A DNA stretch of 64,000 bases from Antedon mediterranea (Eukaryota; Animalia; Echinodermata). Shown piece after piece: positions 26,001 through 38,400 of this stretch; the first letter of the stretch is position 1; each line of letters begins with the position of its first letter. Position numbers and translations under genes: made by a program. Under the pieces are notes generated by a model. That model saw only the letters and a list, made by a program, of their open reading frames with translations, was not told the DNA's origin and searched no databases. The DNA lies in contig NC_092673.1 of the NCBI RefSeq assembly GCF_964355755.1, forward strand, positions 3,782,001 through 3,846,000, in the 5' to 3' direction.

Positions 26001-29000
26001 GAAAAAACATGAATTTCCCTTAATATGGTCAAATACAAAATTTGGCAAAATTCTTCCATAAAAACCAGAAAGACTTTTTTTCAGTAGTTAGGTAGTTAAC
26101 CTAATGTAATAACATGTCTGGTGACTTCCTAGACGATGAAAAAAGATGGTGGATATACGGTGGATAATTTTTGCTATAGCATGAAAATAAAAAGCTGAAG
26201 TTGAATACAAATATCAGAAATGTAATATTCAAGTTATATTACCTATATTTAGTCATCTGATAACATTTTTTACCACACCGTTTATTTTTCATAGCTTTTT
26301 AAAATGCCTCTCTATTTTTATTTTTTTTTTTTTATTTGTGTACAAAAGAATACAGATTTTACTGTGTAATTTGAACTATCCCCCCCACTGATAAGTGCTC
26401 ATTTTCAACAAGCTCACGTAATACAAATAAAATCCCAAAAATTATGAAACATAGGGGAAACTATAGATCGATAATTATTGGAATGTATGATCTATAGAAA
26501 TTTTTTGCCCGCACCTGGCCTTTAAGGTGTCCCTTTAATAGAGGTTCTATAGTATTTCAATAATGCATCTAATCAGGAATACTCACTTGCATTGAAAAAC
26601 ATTCTGGCAAAAAGATCAAACATGTCGGACTGTAAAAATAAGAAGACATAAACACATTCAATATATTTGCACAAAGAAAAATGTCATAATTTGTATGGAT
26701 GAACAGTTTGTGTGGGTGGGCTTTGTTCAATAAAATACTAAGTGTTCTATACTGTACAAGCTACCATCAACAGACAATAATGCTATGTTTATCTTGCATA
26801 TGTACATACTTAAGAAAAGCTGATAAAGACAATTCAAGTATTTAAACAATTTGTATGCATTAAAAATTGCTATCATTTTAGTAACAAATTTAATGTTATC
26901 ATAAAATTACAAAGAGTTAAAAAAGCGTTGACAACACTATCAAACTAGTTTGACCAAAAAAAATGTGATGTGCCCAATATGGTATTGATACGCCTAAATT
27001 TGGTAGTGATATGACATCATCATGTCCGTGTATGGGCACATCATCATGTCCGTATATGGGCACATCACATTTTTACTGTAAAGTTTGATCTTTAATGTAG
27101 ATTATATTATTGTAAATGATGTTCACTCCTAGCTAGCAACAAGACAATAATATAAATGACGTCAATATGGGAAATTTAGTTAAATATATTTTTAGCAACC
27201 TTTCCAACATGAATCAGTGGATTTATAAGAGAATTTCATTATGGTAACAACACCAAGATGCATATTAAAGCTCTGTCTACACTATCAAACTATTATTAAA
27301 ATTACCAAATTATTATGTGAAGGGATTGGCCTCTATTTCTCCTGAGAAAACTGTTTTGTAATACCTTGTCTCAATTAAAATCAGAATGTTAAGCTCTGTC
27401 TACACTATCAAACTTTATGTGACAAAAAAATGTGATGTGGCCATATATGGACATGAAATCAGTACCATATTTAAGCATATCACTACCATATTTGGGCACA
27501 TCCCACTTTTTTTGTCAAACTAGTTTGATAGTGTAGACACAGCTTAAGATGAACCCATAAAACTGCCTAAAAAACATAACAAATTTAAAAAAACAATATT
27601 TCTATTTATTTAAACTTACAGGAGACAAAATAATTTCGCTGCCATCTTCAGGTTCGTCTGATGTCAGGCGTTTGTAAGCTGCTGACACTTCTTGAAATTT
27701 CTAAGAAAAAATTTGATTGAATTACCGTATTCATAAAAAAATTTCAATAATTTATAATATACGGAATACACATTAGATTCTTAAAAACATTTTATTTTTT
27801 GATTACAGTACTTTTTTTAGGTTTATTTACACTGTATCTATCCTCATTATCAACATCAGAATATTTCATAAAATACTGCTTTGTGAATTTCATTTCAACT
27901 CTCCTTTTGTTAAGCTGATGTGATGTGCCCAAATGTAACGATATGATGTCATCATGTCCATATATGGGCACATCAAGTTTTTGTTGTCACATGATGGTGT
28001 AGACAGAGCTTTATACTATATGTGGATGTTTTAAAATTCTAAAGCTCTGTCTACACTATCAAACTTTATGTGACAAAAAAAATGTCATCACACTTACATA
28101 TACATATTAATTAATAACAACATATTACTTTCATAGGGAAGTATTATTCTTATAATATACCTTTGTTGCAGATTCTGAGTTGTGGTGTTTATCAGGGTGC
28201 CATTTTAAAGCAAGTTTTTTATAGGCAGCTCTAATTTCTTCTTCGTCAGCTCCTAAGAAAAGAATAATAACGTCATTTGTTTATACAAGTTTACGTTCTC
28301 TATTGTTAATGTTATATTCTTTTGAAATAATCATAAACCTGAAAGAATCATGTATTGAACCAGATTAAATAGCGAAAAGATAAATATCTAGGTTAATTTA
28401 TTCACATATTACAAAATACAGAAACTATAGAATAAGGGTTTCAGCTAGTTAAACAAAATAGGCAACCCATGTCATAATGGTAATCCATAGCATAACATTA
28501 TGGTTCTGAACATGCCTTAAAGGTAGCTTTGGATAGCACAATGGGTAAATAGGGAACATATTTGAATCAATCAATATAGAACTGAATACTGTATATTTTC
28601 GTGAGTAGGGAATTTCCAAATATTTCTTTGTTCCTTAAAAATACCACCTGCTCATTTCATTCATCAGACCAAAAAAAATACAACTTAAACAATTTCTCAA
28701 ACGGTCTTAAGTTGGAGACCTGATGATGAACTAATAATATTTTCAAATCAAAGGCCTCCATTTTAGTAACAAAATTTCCAGCTATTGATGTTAACAATAC
28801 TGTAAGTAAGTTGTATTATTACTATTATTAGGAATTTAAAGTATGCTTCACACAAAAGCCTATATATACTAATTGTATCGTATGAAAAAAGAATCGTGAC
28901 ATCACAATAGGTGAAGAGGGATGTTGGTCGGGTTTACATTTGTGTTCCATGTCTACAAATCGAAAGTAGCAATATTTTTTGCTGTAAAAAAAAATTTTCA

Positions 29001-29867
29001 CAATAGGTACACAGATTGTATCTACGCGTCTTGGCAAAGGTCGTGTTTCCGCAGCCAAAACAAAATTATCGGTTACTTGTTTACCCAATCAGGTAATTAA
29101 TTAACAAATAAAGTGCGCATGATCATGCATTACCGAACAACCAAGTGCCAAATCACAACGCAACAATTTTTCCTTCAGGTCAAAGGTTAAAAAATCTGAT
29201 TTAAAGGAGATAATTATTGGTAATATTTTAATAATTTTAGAATCGGTTAAACCCCTTTTCCACTGGCAGTTTATTAGTTAATTATCAGTTATTTTTGGAT
29301 GCGGAAACACGGCCATAGATGTAGCCACTGCGTATTATAAGGCTAGGCCCAATGTTACAAATTTACTTTTTATTGTTTCATGTGAAAATGCAAAAATATT
29401 CAGACATCAAATTAAGTTTAATTATTGGGAAAATTATCATTCATAAATGTATTATTATCATTATGCCACTTTTTACCTAATTTGTATACATTTTTATTTT
29501 GTATTATGTTTTGTTGGGTCTTTCTGAGACAGGCCTTGGCCTCTAAGTCTGATCCCAATTAATGAAATCTTTATTTGTTTATATTGTTTACATTGTTTAA
29601 GTTTTCATTAATTGAATAAATGTGAAATGAAATGAAATTGCTTGAAATTAAAAAAAAATAAATATCAATCAAAATAGAATCATAAATAAATATTCTCATA
29701 ATCATATGAATATGAAATTCTTTCTATCATAAGATGTTAATACATTTTAAATCATATTACTAGGCGTCATATTGAAGTTCAAAATTAAAAGAAGAATTGT
29801 CTAGGCTAAATAACTTGCCTCTCGGGATGCCTAAGATATCACAAGCTTCCTCGGTTGACAGTCCCAT
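17058..29867 (-). CDS. TTC31: TTC31-like multidomain protein: DnaJ domain + coiled coil + 3 TPR + UBA-like + RRM + CCCH zinc finger, 695 aa, 16 coding exons
   Basis: Minus-strand exons 29867-29819 (GC donor), 28252-28161, 27700-27620, 26629-26587, 24466-24276, 23766-23548, 23153-23017, 22546-22335, 22033-21943, 21457-21407, 21119-21029, 19917-19813, 19519-19341, 18418-18329, 17865-17575, 17223-17058; 2088 nt, phases consistent. Motifs: IRAAYKKLALKWHPDK..KFQEVSAAYKRL (J); EARKNADELVKEEEK..KKKRQKEKKR and WDTHSAFF (TTC31-like); KGNE..FFGNRSFCY..ALEDA..WPKGYFRKGRAL (TPR); EMGFSRQQSEAA..VQAALDSL (UBA); LWIGNV and CAFVNF (RRM); CYFWRTTGCAFGDSCRYTH (CCCH). Orthology to TTC31 is by recollected motif similarity. 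Confidence 0.88.
19945..20790. repeat. (TCAA)-derived satellite, about 14-bp unit ATCAATCAATGAAT
   Basis: About 850 bp of degenerate TCAATGAATATCAA repeats in intron 11 of the TTC31-like gene. Confidence 0.9.
21647..21766. mobile_element. PIF/Harbinger-like MITE, family B (internally deleted copy)
   Basis: TIR AGCTTGGTTCCC..TAG / CTAGTGGGAACCACGCT with ACGCAA/TTGCGT repeats; full copy at 62795-62972. Confidence 0.75.
22767..23006. repeat. 30-bp minisatellite, 8 copies
   Basis: Unit AACTGTCCACCTAGGGGTGCTATTATTAAT, nearly perfect; accounts for the three repetitive ORFs here. Confidence 0.95.
24520..24770 (+). mobile_element. SINE body with conserved central domain and (ATT)n tail
   Basis: GGCAAGATACTTTAC..TTGCCTCTCTCCACCCAGGTGTATAAATTGGTACC core; 3' AGCGCTTAGAG..GGCGCTATATAAAT..(ATT)n; inverted tail copy at about 41941-42025. 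Confidence 0.6.
25050..25417. mobile_element. PIF/Harbinger-like MITE
   Basis: TIR GGGTATGTTCAGATCTATGGAGTT / AACTCCGTAGGTCTGAACAGGCCC; TTA TSD. Confidence 0.7.
25534..25691. mobile_element. MITE family A copy
   Basis: AGCTTTGTCTACACTATCAA ... TTGATAGTGTAGACAGAGCT. Confidence 0.75.
27392..27544. mobile_element. MITE family A copy (further fragments at about 26925-27090, 27269-27291, 27914-28010, 28043-28090)
   Basis: Full TIR pair with TWA flanks. Confidence 0.8.
29039..29314. mobile_element. MITE-like inverted-repeat element
   Basis: GGTCGTGTTTCCGCAGCCAAAA / TTTTGGATGCGGAAACACGGCC; no clear TSD. Confidence 0.45.
29505..29640 (+). mobile_element. LINE 3' end fragment (CR1/L2-like tail)
   Basis: GC-rich stem-loop-like segment followed by AATAAA and a (TGAAA)n tail; similar tails at about 34800-34960 and 44055-44175. 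Confidence 0.4.
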
Positions 29868-30094
29868 TTTCGCCCTCGTCAGTCACAGAATCAAAAACGG
29901 GTGGTAGGCTGGCTACGCCAAGCCAAGCGGTTAAGATTTTGTAGCTCACTTTCAGGTTGATACGAAGTTTACTATTTACATATACAAAATGTTCAGTTAA
30001 TCCTTGGATATATCATAAACTCTTAGTATCAATAATAATATTGTTTTTAAGGCATGCCTGCTAGCTAGGCCTAACGATTTTACCACAAAACACA

Positions 30095-30250
30095 CTGCGA
30101 ATCTCCTGTGATCGATCTCTCTCTAGGCATACACACATGCGCATGTGTAAAACAAATATTCGTCACGTGGTAAATTGCAAAAACTTGTTATTTTAGTAGG
30201 CCTATATCCAAACCTTTTGTACGTCATCTGGTACGTACCCGCCGTACCAC
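30095..30250 (-). promoter_or_regulatory. Putative promoter of the TTC31-like gene (NRF1-like site, E-box, CRE half-site)
   Basis: Palindrome ACACATGCGCATGTGT (about 30133-30148), GTCACGTG (30162-30169) and ACGTCA (30221-30226), about 270-360 bp upstream of the ATG. Confidence 0.45.
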
Positions 30251-31559
30251 AAACAGTGACCACTGTAAAAAAAAATCAAAAGAACTTACTATAAGCCAAA
30301 TTTAGGACATATTCCTCTATTTCTCTTGTCAGAATCTAATGAAATGTTTAGTGAACATTTTTGACATCCAATCTTTATCCATGTATGCGCTGCTGAGCCG
30401 CGAGTGAGCCGGAAAAGTTTGTGGGAAATTCCCATTTATGATAATATTATCATTTCAACAATATTTTCGAGGGTGGTCCATCCAGCGGAAGCTGGTCATT
30501 AGGGATCCTCTTAATACAATATGACGAGACATGTAACAATAAAAATTAAATTTATTTAATTAATCACGCAGTTCGGGCACTTTTTAATGAAAACAAAATA
30601 GAACTTTAGACGTATATGGTTTATTGAGTTAAACTGTTATGTCCAGTCGAATTGTTTTTACTATGGAAGTTAGTACAGTTTCAGAATTGACAAAACAAAA
30701 ATATAGAGGGAATTCGGTTGTTGGCAATCCAATAGGCACAAATAATGTTAATTTATTTCTATATAGCCTAGTCCTAATAATAATATTCCTTAAATTGGGC
30801 ATCAAATCATGTGTGACGGTGGTATGTCCTACTACACGTCATATATGACATCATAGAAATATGAAAGACGTCATGACACAAAATCTGATCTTGAACTTGT
30901 AAAGGAAGTTTTAGGCCAAGACCTGACCAAATTGAAACATGATCAAATAACGTCAATGATCATGAGGAAGTTAATTAAATGGAAAACCATTCATAAACAG
31001 GCGTCGATAATTGCAACTTTTGCCTTTATTAATATTTACTATTAACATTAAAAAAAATAATAGGGGTAAGTTGACTCATTGAGTTACAGCGATTATAAAT
31101 TGCCCCTTCCAGCATTTTTTTCATCTTTCTTTTTTTTTAAATATTAATTTTATGCCGGTCGAATAAAATAAACGAAAATATAATTAAAAGAGTGAATATT
31201 TTGTATTAATGAGTAGGCCTAATAATAGACTATGAACAAAACATGCCTCTATAGAGATGTTAAATAATATAAAAAAAATACCCGTCATTTTTCGACATTT
31301 TGAACTTTATTTGTTCATTATGAAAATTAAATTGGAAGATTATCGTGTATTAAATACAGAATAAATGAAAATAAATATTATTTATTGCAAAAATAAATGA
31401 TGTCAAGTTAGTCAAGACAAAAAAGACTTTTTTTTTTAATTGTCGGTTTTAGACGGTAAATTATTTACTTATCGATTTGTGATCGGTTGTTGGTGTTGGT
31501 TGTCACTGTTAACGGTTTCTTGGTACGGTAATGGTTCGGTTTGTTGTTGGTTTTTGTGT

Positions 31560-31763
31560 ACTGTCGCGAATAGTAGAAACCTAACAGCGCCACCTATAAA
31601 GGAAAGGGAGTTAAGTTTGGTACTTGATGCGGAAATACGAAAAAAGTACCGACAGTGTAATATATTGTTGTGGTGTGGGCATCTTGATTCATATAATGGT
31701 AGGAATTTAGCTGATAAATATTGTTTTTTGTTTAGTACGTTGGCTGAATAATTCATCAACCAG
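31560..31763 (+). promoter_or_regulatory. Putative PLEKHA promoter / non-coding first exon
   Basis: CTCF-like CAGCGCCACCTA (31585-31596), CGGAA ETS-like core, donor CAG|GTAGGT after 31763; the coding exon at 32423 is preceded by an acceptor. Confidence 0.35.
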
Positions 31764-32424
31764 GTAGGTAAACGTCCCGTGCTATAATTAATACAGTTAA
31801 GTAAGTGCTTTTTAAAGTAGCATAAGAACACACCAGAGGCCAGTGTTGCTGTTTTGTTAATGGTGTTGCAGGGCCTGTACGTGCAGGTATTTTCCGTGTT
31901 GTCCTTCACAACTTTGCTGTTTTGATTTTTAAAACCGCAAGTCCTTTATTCAAGTTCATTTGGGTGTACAATATGCTTACTATTCTTCAGGTCAGTCGAT
32001 ATCATATTATATGTCAATGATTATGCTGACTGACAATATTATTATACTATAGTAGTACAGTTCAGTAGTAGAAATTCTAAATCTAAGTCTATAAAACAAA
32101 GCTTTAAGTTTTAACCAAGGACATTTAACAAAATAAGTAAAATATTGTATTTAAAACATAAAAGAAAAAGGAAGGCAAAAGCTGTACATAGGCATATAAT
32201 TAAAATGACAATGCCAATGATTGAAGTAATAACATTTTTTTGCAGTATAAAAATTGCTTAAAAAGAGTTCTGTCAAGTTACGTATAAACTTTCAGGGGCC
32301 CGCAGAACCAATGTGGATCTTCCCTGACTTTGATTATAGTCATACGATTTGTTCGTCCAACACTAGATGACAATACAATATTTTAAAAAAATCATTTCAA
32401 AATGTGTTTTTCCTTCCCACAGCA

Positions 32425-35400
32425 ATGCCATATGTAGATAGACACGGTCGGACTTGTGGATATGCAGACATTGAGGATCAAAATCAAGTTGGAAAATTTT
32501 ATCGTCGTTATTTTATTATAGCCAACGATGTAGCTGCTTTTGAATATTATATGGACAATCCACTAGTGAGTGAAAACTATGTGTGATATATATTTTATAT
32601 TTCTTCTGCCTAATGCAGGTGGTAAGGTGGGGTATTAAACTTCTTGTCCCAGTGTGTCTCTTGTAGGAGATAGACTGGTCAAAACGTCAACATTATCTGC
32701 ATGATTTAATATGGTGTCCACCCAAAAACAGGTCTACTTAGCAATGCTTTAACATTAATAGACTTTAACTAACTGTAAATATTATTCCCTCTTTGAAAAA
32801 ATTGTATAAGGTGTTGCATTTACGGGGTATATTTTCATGGTCCTGGTAGCACAAGTGTGGGAAAATATGGGGGAGGTGCAGGTTTTATATATATATTTCT
32901 GAGGATTTGATACTGTAGCACAAGTTGGACGGGCTGAAATTTGTAATTAAAGTCCCTGGCACGTCCTGTGTAAAAATGTCACGATTTATCTGACAATTTT
33001 GGCAAAGATTTCAAGTACTGGATGCTAAGCCCATTGAATTACCTTGAAATTAAGGCTAAAGCAAATTGCTTATTCACCTCTCTGGAATTACAAATCTCTT
33101 ACATACGGCTGAAACTTCTTGGTTATACGGGTTTAGTTGTTTTTGTTTGGTTATATGCGACAATATGTTGGTGTACAATAATCATGAAAAACCAATAACC
33201 AGTTGTATACAAGTTGCAATATTTATATAGTAAAAATGAAAATGAATTAAACAAATATTTGTTTCAGAATTTACCAAAAGGATCACGTCCAGTTGGCCAA
33301 ATTCTGTTGTCAACAATTTCAACTGTAAGTAATCATATATAAAATACTCTCACATCAAATGATAAAAAAATGTATGTAAATATAATTTTTATTTATATTA
33401 GATTTAAATGCCAAATAAAAGAAAATTATTTTTTTTATGTCCAATGAGATATTCCAGGATTTGAGATTTATTTTTGATGTGTGTCTTTACCCTCCTTTAC
33501 TTTAATGTGATGTGTACTATTACTAAAAGTTCAGTTGCTGTTTATACTGTATACATCTCGGAATGAGTTGACAATGATAGTGCATTTTTTGGGGGATTTC
33601 TTTCTTTCTTTCTTTCAATTTGTTTAACTAATAACAACCATCTTTCATTTTTAAACTGAATATTTTTTTATGGTAAAAAATTATATATTTTTCATATATT
33701 TTTAAAAATTATTATGCTATAAAAATTTGAAGAGGGAGGGGAAAATGTTGTTATTTGGAGTTAGGTCAAACAGTAACATTTTCCAGCAGATGACTTTCTG
33801 GATAAATTCCAAATAGTTAATTTGTGTCCGCCAAGCTCTTTTTATTGTCATTATATAATATTCAAAAGGCCCCAAGGTTTAAATATAATGTCTTGCTTTC
33901 AGGTTTGTTAAGGTTTATTGTAAGTTTGTATTAGATTATTGACCTATATTATGTAGTTCTAAAGTTGTTCATGAGGCTTATGGGTCTATAGGCCTTTTCA
34001 CACAGAACTTCGGCAATATTGCGGTAAGCAAGCCGGCGGTATTGTACAGTACAGTATAATTCCCAAGGTGTGCATATTGGACATTTATAATCCTCCATGG
34101 GGTCTCATCAAAGGTGATGTATTGGATAGGGTAATTCAAGGTCATACTACAGTTCTTATCAGGCTTACAGCTGGTCCCTATCATTATATAACAATTAACT
34201 TGATAGGTCACATGTGGTTTTAAAACAATTAAGCTGATTGGTTGTGATCAATCATCAATTTAATGGACACCATCATGCATCAGAAATCTCATGCACTGAG
34301 TGAGAGTAGATAAGCATAAAAAAGTTTAACATAGGCAGTTTCAACAGGACACTGAGCTCTCCTTGCCAAGATAGGAACTCGTAACTGTTCTTTAATTTTA
34401 TGTCTTGCCGACAAATACTATCAGTACATACTCTCTGCGGTTCGCGCTGATCATGTCACAGCCACAGATAAACCCTTTGATCTCTGAAGCTCAGCATCCT
34501 TGGTTGAACTTGAATAAGTGATTATTTATACTGTACTAATTCTAAGTTACTTATGTTTATCATTAATTAAATACATTTTCTAATTTATTAGGCAAGAGAT
34601 GCAGCCAAGTTAAGACCAAAAGAACAATTTTGTTTTGGTAAGTTTTTTTTTTCAATTTTAAACTAAACTTATTTTGTTAGCCAAGGACCGTTGTGGCTGG
34701 AGAAAGCTTGTAGTCACCTGCTCCGCAGCCGACGGATTTTGATGATTTAAACAAATAAAAAGTTTTCTTTTACTAAATTGTCTTTTTAACTACGCGCTTG
34801 ATAGGACCCCATTGGAAATAAGTTGGGGTTTTTTTTCTCCTTTATGGGCTATTCTAGGTTTCTTGTGTTCTGTGCAATTCCTTGCTTGTTTCATTTTGTA
34901 TTTAAAATGTTTGTCTTGTAATTTTATGTTGAAACCTGAATAAAATCAAATCAAATCATGATGATTTAAAGTAAAACATAATACCAAATGTTATTATGAC
35001 TGCAAATCAATCTTTATACACAAAGAAGTGTTGTAGGCTTCAATTAAATTATTATTGAGCGAAGTCTCACACGATTATGACATTGGCCCAGTTAAAAATT
35101 CACAAAGTAAACCAAAATGTCACCGAGTTATAGATATGAATCACCTTCCTATAGGGCTAATGTGTACGTAATAGCCGCCGATTGCCAATACTTTATTCCT
35201 AGCTTTGATATCCTTGATTGTCACTATAGTCTGTTCTATGGTAAAATCCCGAACTGTCATTTTAGTAAATCTGACGCATTTTAAGTGATTGTGGTTAAAA
35301 CTGCAACTGTGTGGGCAATCCAGGATTTAACAAGAAATATTTCTTACAAAAAACGCTGCTCGCTTATTGATAAATATTTTTTATTTCAAATGTTTTTGAA

Positions 35401-38400
35401 TGTGTCATTTTATTGTCACATAATAGATAGTTATTTTACCTGAAAAAATGTAATTTAAAGCAACAAATACTTAAATTGTCTGTCAGACAATGGTTTTTGG
35501 GTTTCTTTTCATTTTTTATATGTGAATAAATATTACTTTTTTGTTACAGAAGTGAATACTCAATTCACTTTAGTTAATTTTATTGCTAAGGTCAAATCTG
35601 GGGGTCACTTCATCACCCTAGATATTTCAATTGTGAAGTATCCTATTACAAACACAAACTTTAATGGACTGTTTCGATAATAATTCAATGAATATCTGAC
35701 ACTGACAGTGAATATAGGGATTTGTAATTTTAGCATGACATGTCCTAATAGACTCTTTCCCAGCCGTTTTTTGGGTCTACTGTAGCAGCTGGAATCAATA
35801 AATCATAGTGGAGTTTCCATTTTCACAAAACTGTCTGTCCTTAGAACTATAACTGCTGCATGCTTTAGCTTCTGATTGAGTAGTCCTAATGGGACGTAGC
35901 GGGCTAGAGCAGCAGCGTGAAAATAGGTGAGGCCTTAAAAATGGTGAAATGAAGGGCTGAACTTAATTTAAAATGTCCTATCTTTTGCATAACAAGTTGC
36001 GAAATTTAGGGGGATGGGGGGAGGGAGCGAGCCGGTTGGTCCCCTCTTGGATCTGCCCCTGACACTTGTATCCTGTAACACACATCCTATCTTTGCTTAT
36101 GTATTAGTTTACTGAGTGGGGTATAATGTCTTGTACCCCAGAGAAACAAATGCAATGATTCAGCATTATAATTCTGAGAAATTCCTCTGGACATGGGTAA
36201 TTTATACCACAGGATATGCCCAACGCTGTATGTCTTGAAAGGGAAACATGTACACATTGAAGGACAATAATAAATTGTCATATTTCCAAGTACTATAGGC
36301 CTTTCAACTTTGATATTATAGGACTATCAACGTATAATCTGATTGCGTCATGCATTGTTGAACATTCTAATAACAATTCAACGATAAAAAGTGCGGATAA
36401 AAGACACTGATATAGTATATGCACTTATTGAGGCGTCACAATCGACCAATTAACACATTGCTTTCATATCAAGAGATTTTTTTATGATAGTCCAGCGACA
36501 ATATTATACAAAATGCAATCAGAAATTGATAGAAAGGTAACTAATGTACTACGTATGTACATCAGTAGCTGGAAAGTAAATGAGATGTTTACTTACCTGG
36601 ATAAACTGACATCTAACATCAGTAACCCCATACAATAATAGAACAGTCCAAACTTTATACAAGTGACCTGAAGCAATCAAATGGTGGGAGAAGATGGGAT
36701 ACATTCAGTAAATGGAAGAGTCTCATACTTTGAATTCTATTAATAGTTTTGAATTTGTTATTTATTTATAATGGGTAACTTCTTCATTTGAAGTCTGGTC
36801 TCCCAGAGGGTCCAGTTATGATCAGTGACTGTATACTAGTACACCAGGGTAACCCCCTACTCGTCTTGAAAAATGTACTAGGTCCTTTAAAGTGCACATG
36901 AGCTAGATGTGTACACTGGACCTACAGTTTATATTCTTTATCCGAGAAGACTTGTTTTACAACCAGAACCATGGAGCGAGTGATTACGGTTCTATTGTCT
37001 TAACCACTCGGTCACTCCTTCGCTCCTTGGATCATGGACCCACAGATAGTTGCTTCTTAAACTATATACAGGTAGCTCCATTGCTAAACTTTGTATTAAT
37101 ACATCCTTTGATAGTATACAAATACTCTCGGAGTGGAGTTGTGGCTTGGTGGTTATGATGCTTGACTACCACTCTATGGATCCTGGGTTCACGTCCCGTC
37201 ACATTTCAGGATTTTTTCTAAGGACAAAATTACAACTCCACTCCCAAAGACTTTGTAATAAGACTTTGTTTATGTAGAGCATCTTGTGTTTGTTTGTCTT
37301 GTGAACCGCTGAGGGTCCCTAATGATCACCCTCATTAAATATGGTAAAAACAAACATTTAAAAAAAATTAAATAAATAAATATTGAATAGTGAGAATATT
37401 TCATGAGCTAAAAATTGACTGTTCTGTGTATATCAAAGAGGTGGAGCCTGATGTGTACTCAACAGTGACTAATGACATAATTATAAACCCTATCAAATAA
37501 TGTTGCTATCTAATTTTTATTTCTTGAACATAGGTATTCAAAAACGCATTCTTATTCTTTGTATACTGTAGTACAGTACATTTGGATTTATAGCAAAATG
37601 GAATGATCTCATTTATCATATGTAAAATATAAAAGATCAGTTTTTCAGTCATCAGTTTGGCACAATTTAATTCTGAAAATGCTATTTTTGTTTGGATTAG
37701 GAATGGCTTAAGTCACAGACGCTATCTGTAGACCTACTAAATTTTGACCTATAAGAAACTATAAAATTCTCTTTAAATCAATAAGCGCTGTAAAAAGCAC
37801 CTCAAAATATTCAGATTATTATACATTATCATATTAAGCTCTGTCTACACTATCAAACATTATGTGACAAAAAAATGTGATGTACCCATATATGGACATA
37901 ATGATGTCATACCAATACCATATTTGGGCATATCACTACAACAGTATATTTGGGCACATCACACTTTTTTTGTAACATGAAGTTTGATAGTGTAAACAGA
38001 GCTTTATAAGGGATGAAAAACATCAATTTGTTGTAAAATCATGTTCTCTTTTGAAGCATCAAGGAAAAATATTGTGTATTATTATAAATTGTATATGTTT
38101 TGTAATATATTATAGTAATTCTTGGTTTTTTGGTAAAAATTAGAAATATTCTTGTTGGTTTTTAGGGAATTTTAACAAATTTCTTATAAATGTTACTAAA
38201 TCTTGTATGTAGGCCCTATATCAGCATCCTATGTTAGCAAATTTCCTCAATTGAAAATTATGGGAAATGATGTTGTTTTATTGGTGAAATACCTCAACAT
38301 TTTCTAGTACATTAGTACATCCCTTCAGCTTTGTGATAGAACGAAAGGTTAAATATTGTACTACATAAAATACAGAATTTAAACTAAATTTCACACAATC

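Noticed and set aside
26101-26256. Two candidate minus-strand micro-exons (28 nt and 14 nt) in intron 4 of the TTC31-like gene
   Set aside because: One shifts the frame and the other introduces a stop in phase 1; the model is complete without them.
31440-31909. Overlapping 103-aa and 146-aa ORFs
   Set aside because: No domain features; they overlap the presumed PLEKHA promoter and 5' UTR.
35550-35620. Acceptor-like site giving EVNTQFTLVNFIAK as an alternative PH1 exon
   Set aside because: Lacks the PH C-terminal helix Trp and reaches a stop; the true exon is at 42849-42946.
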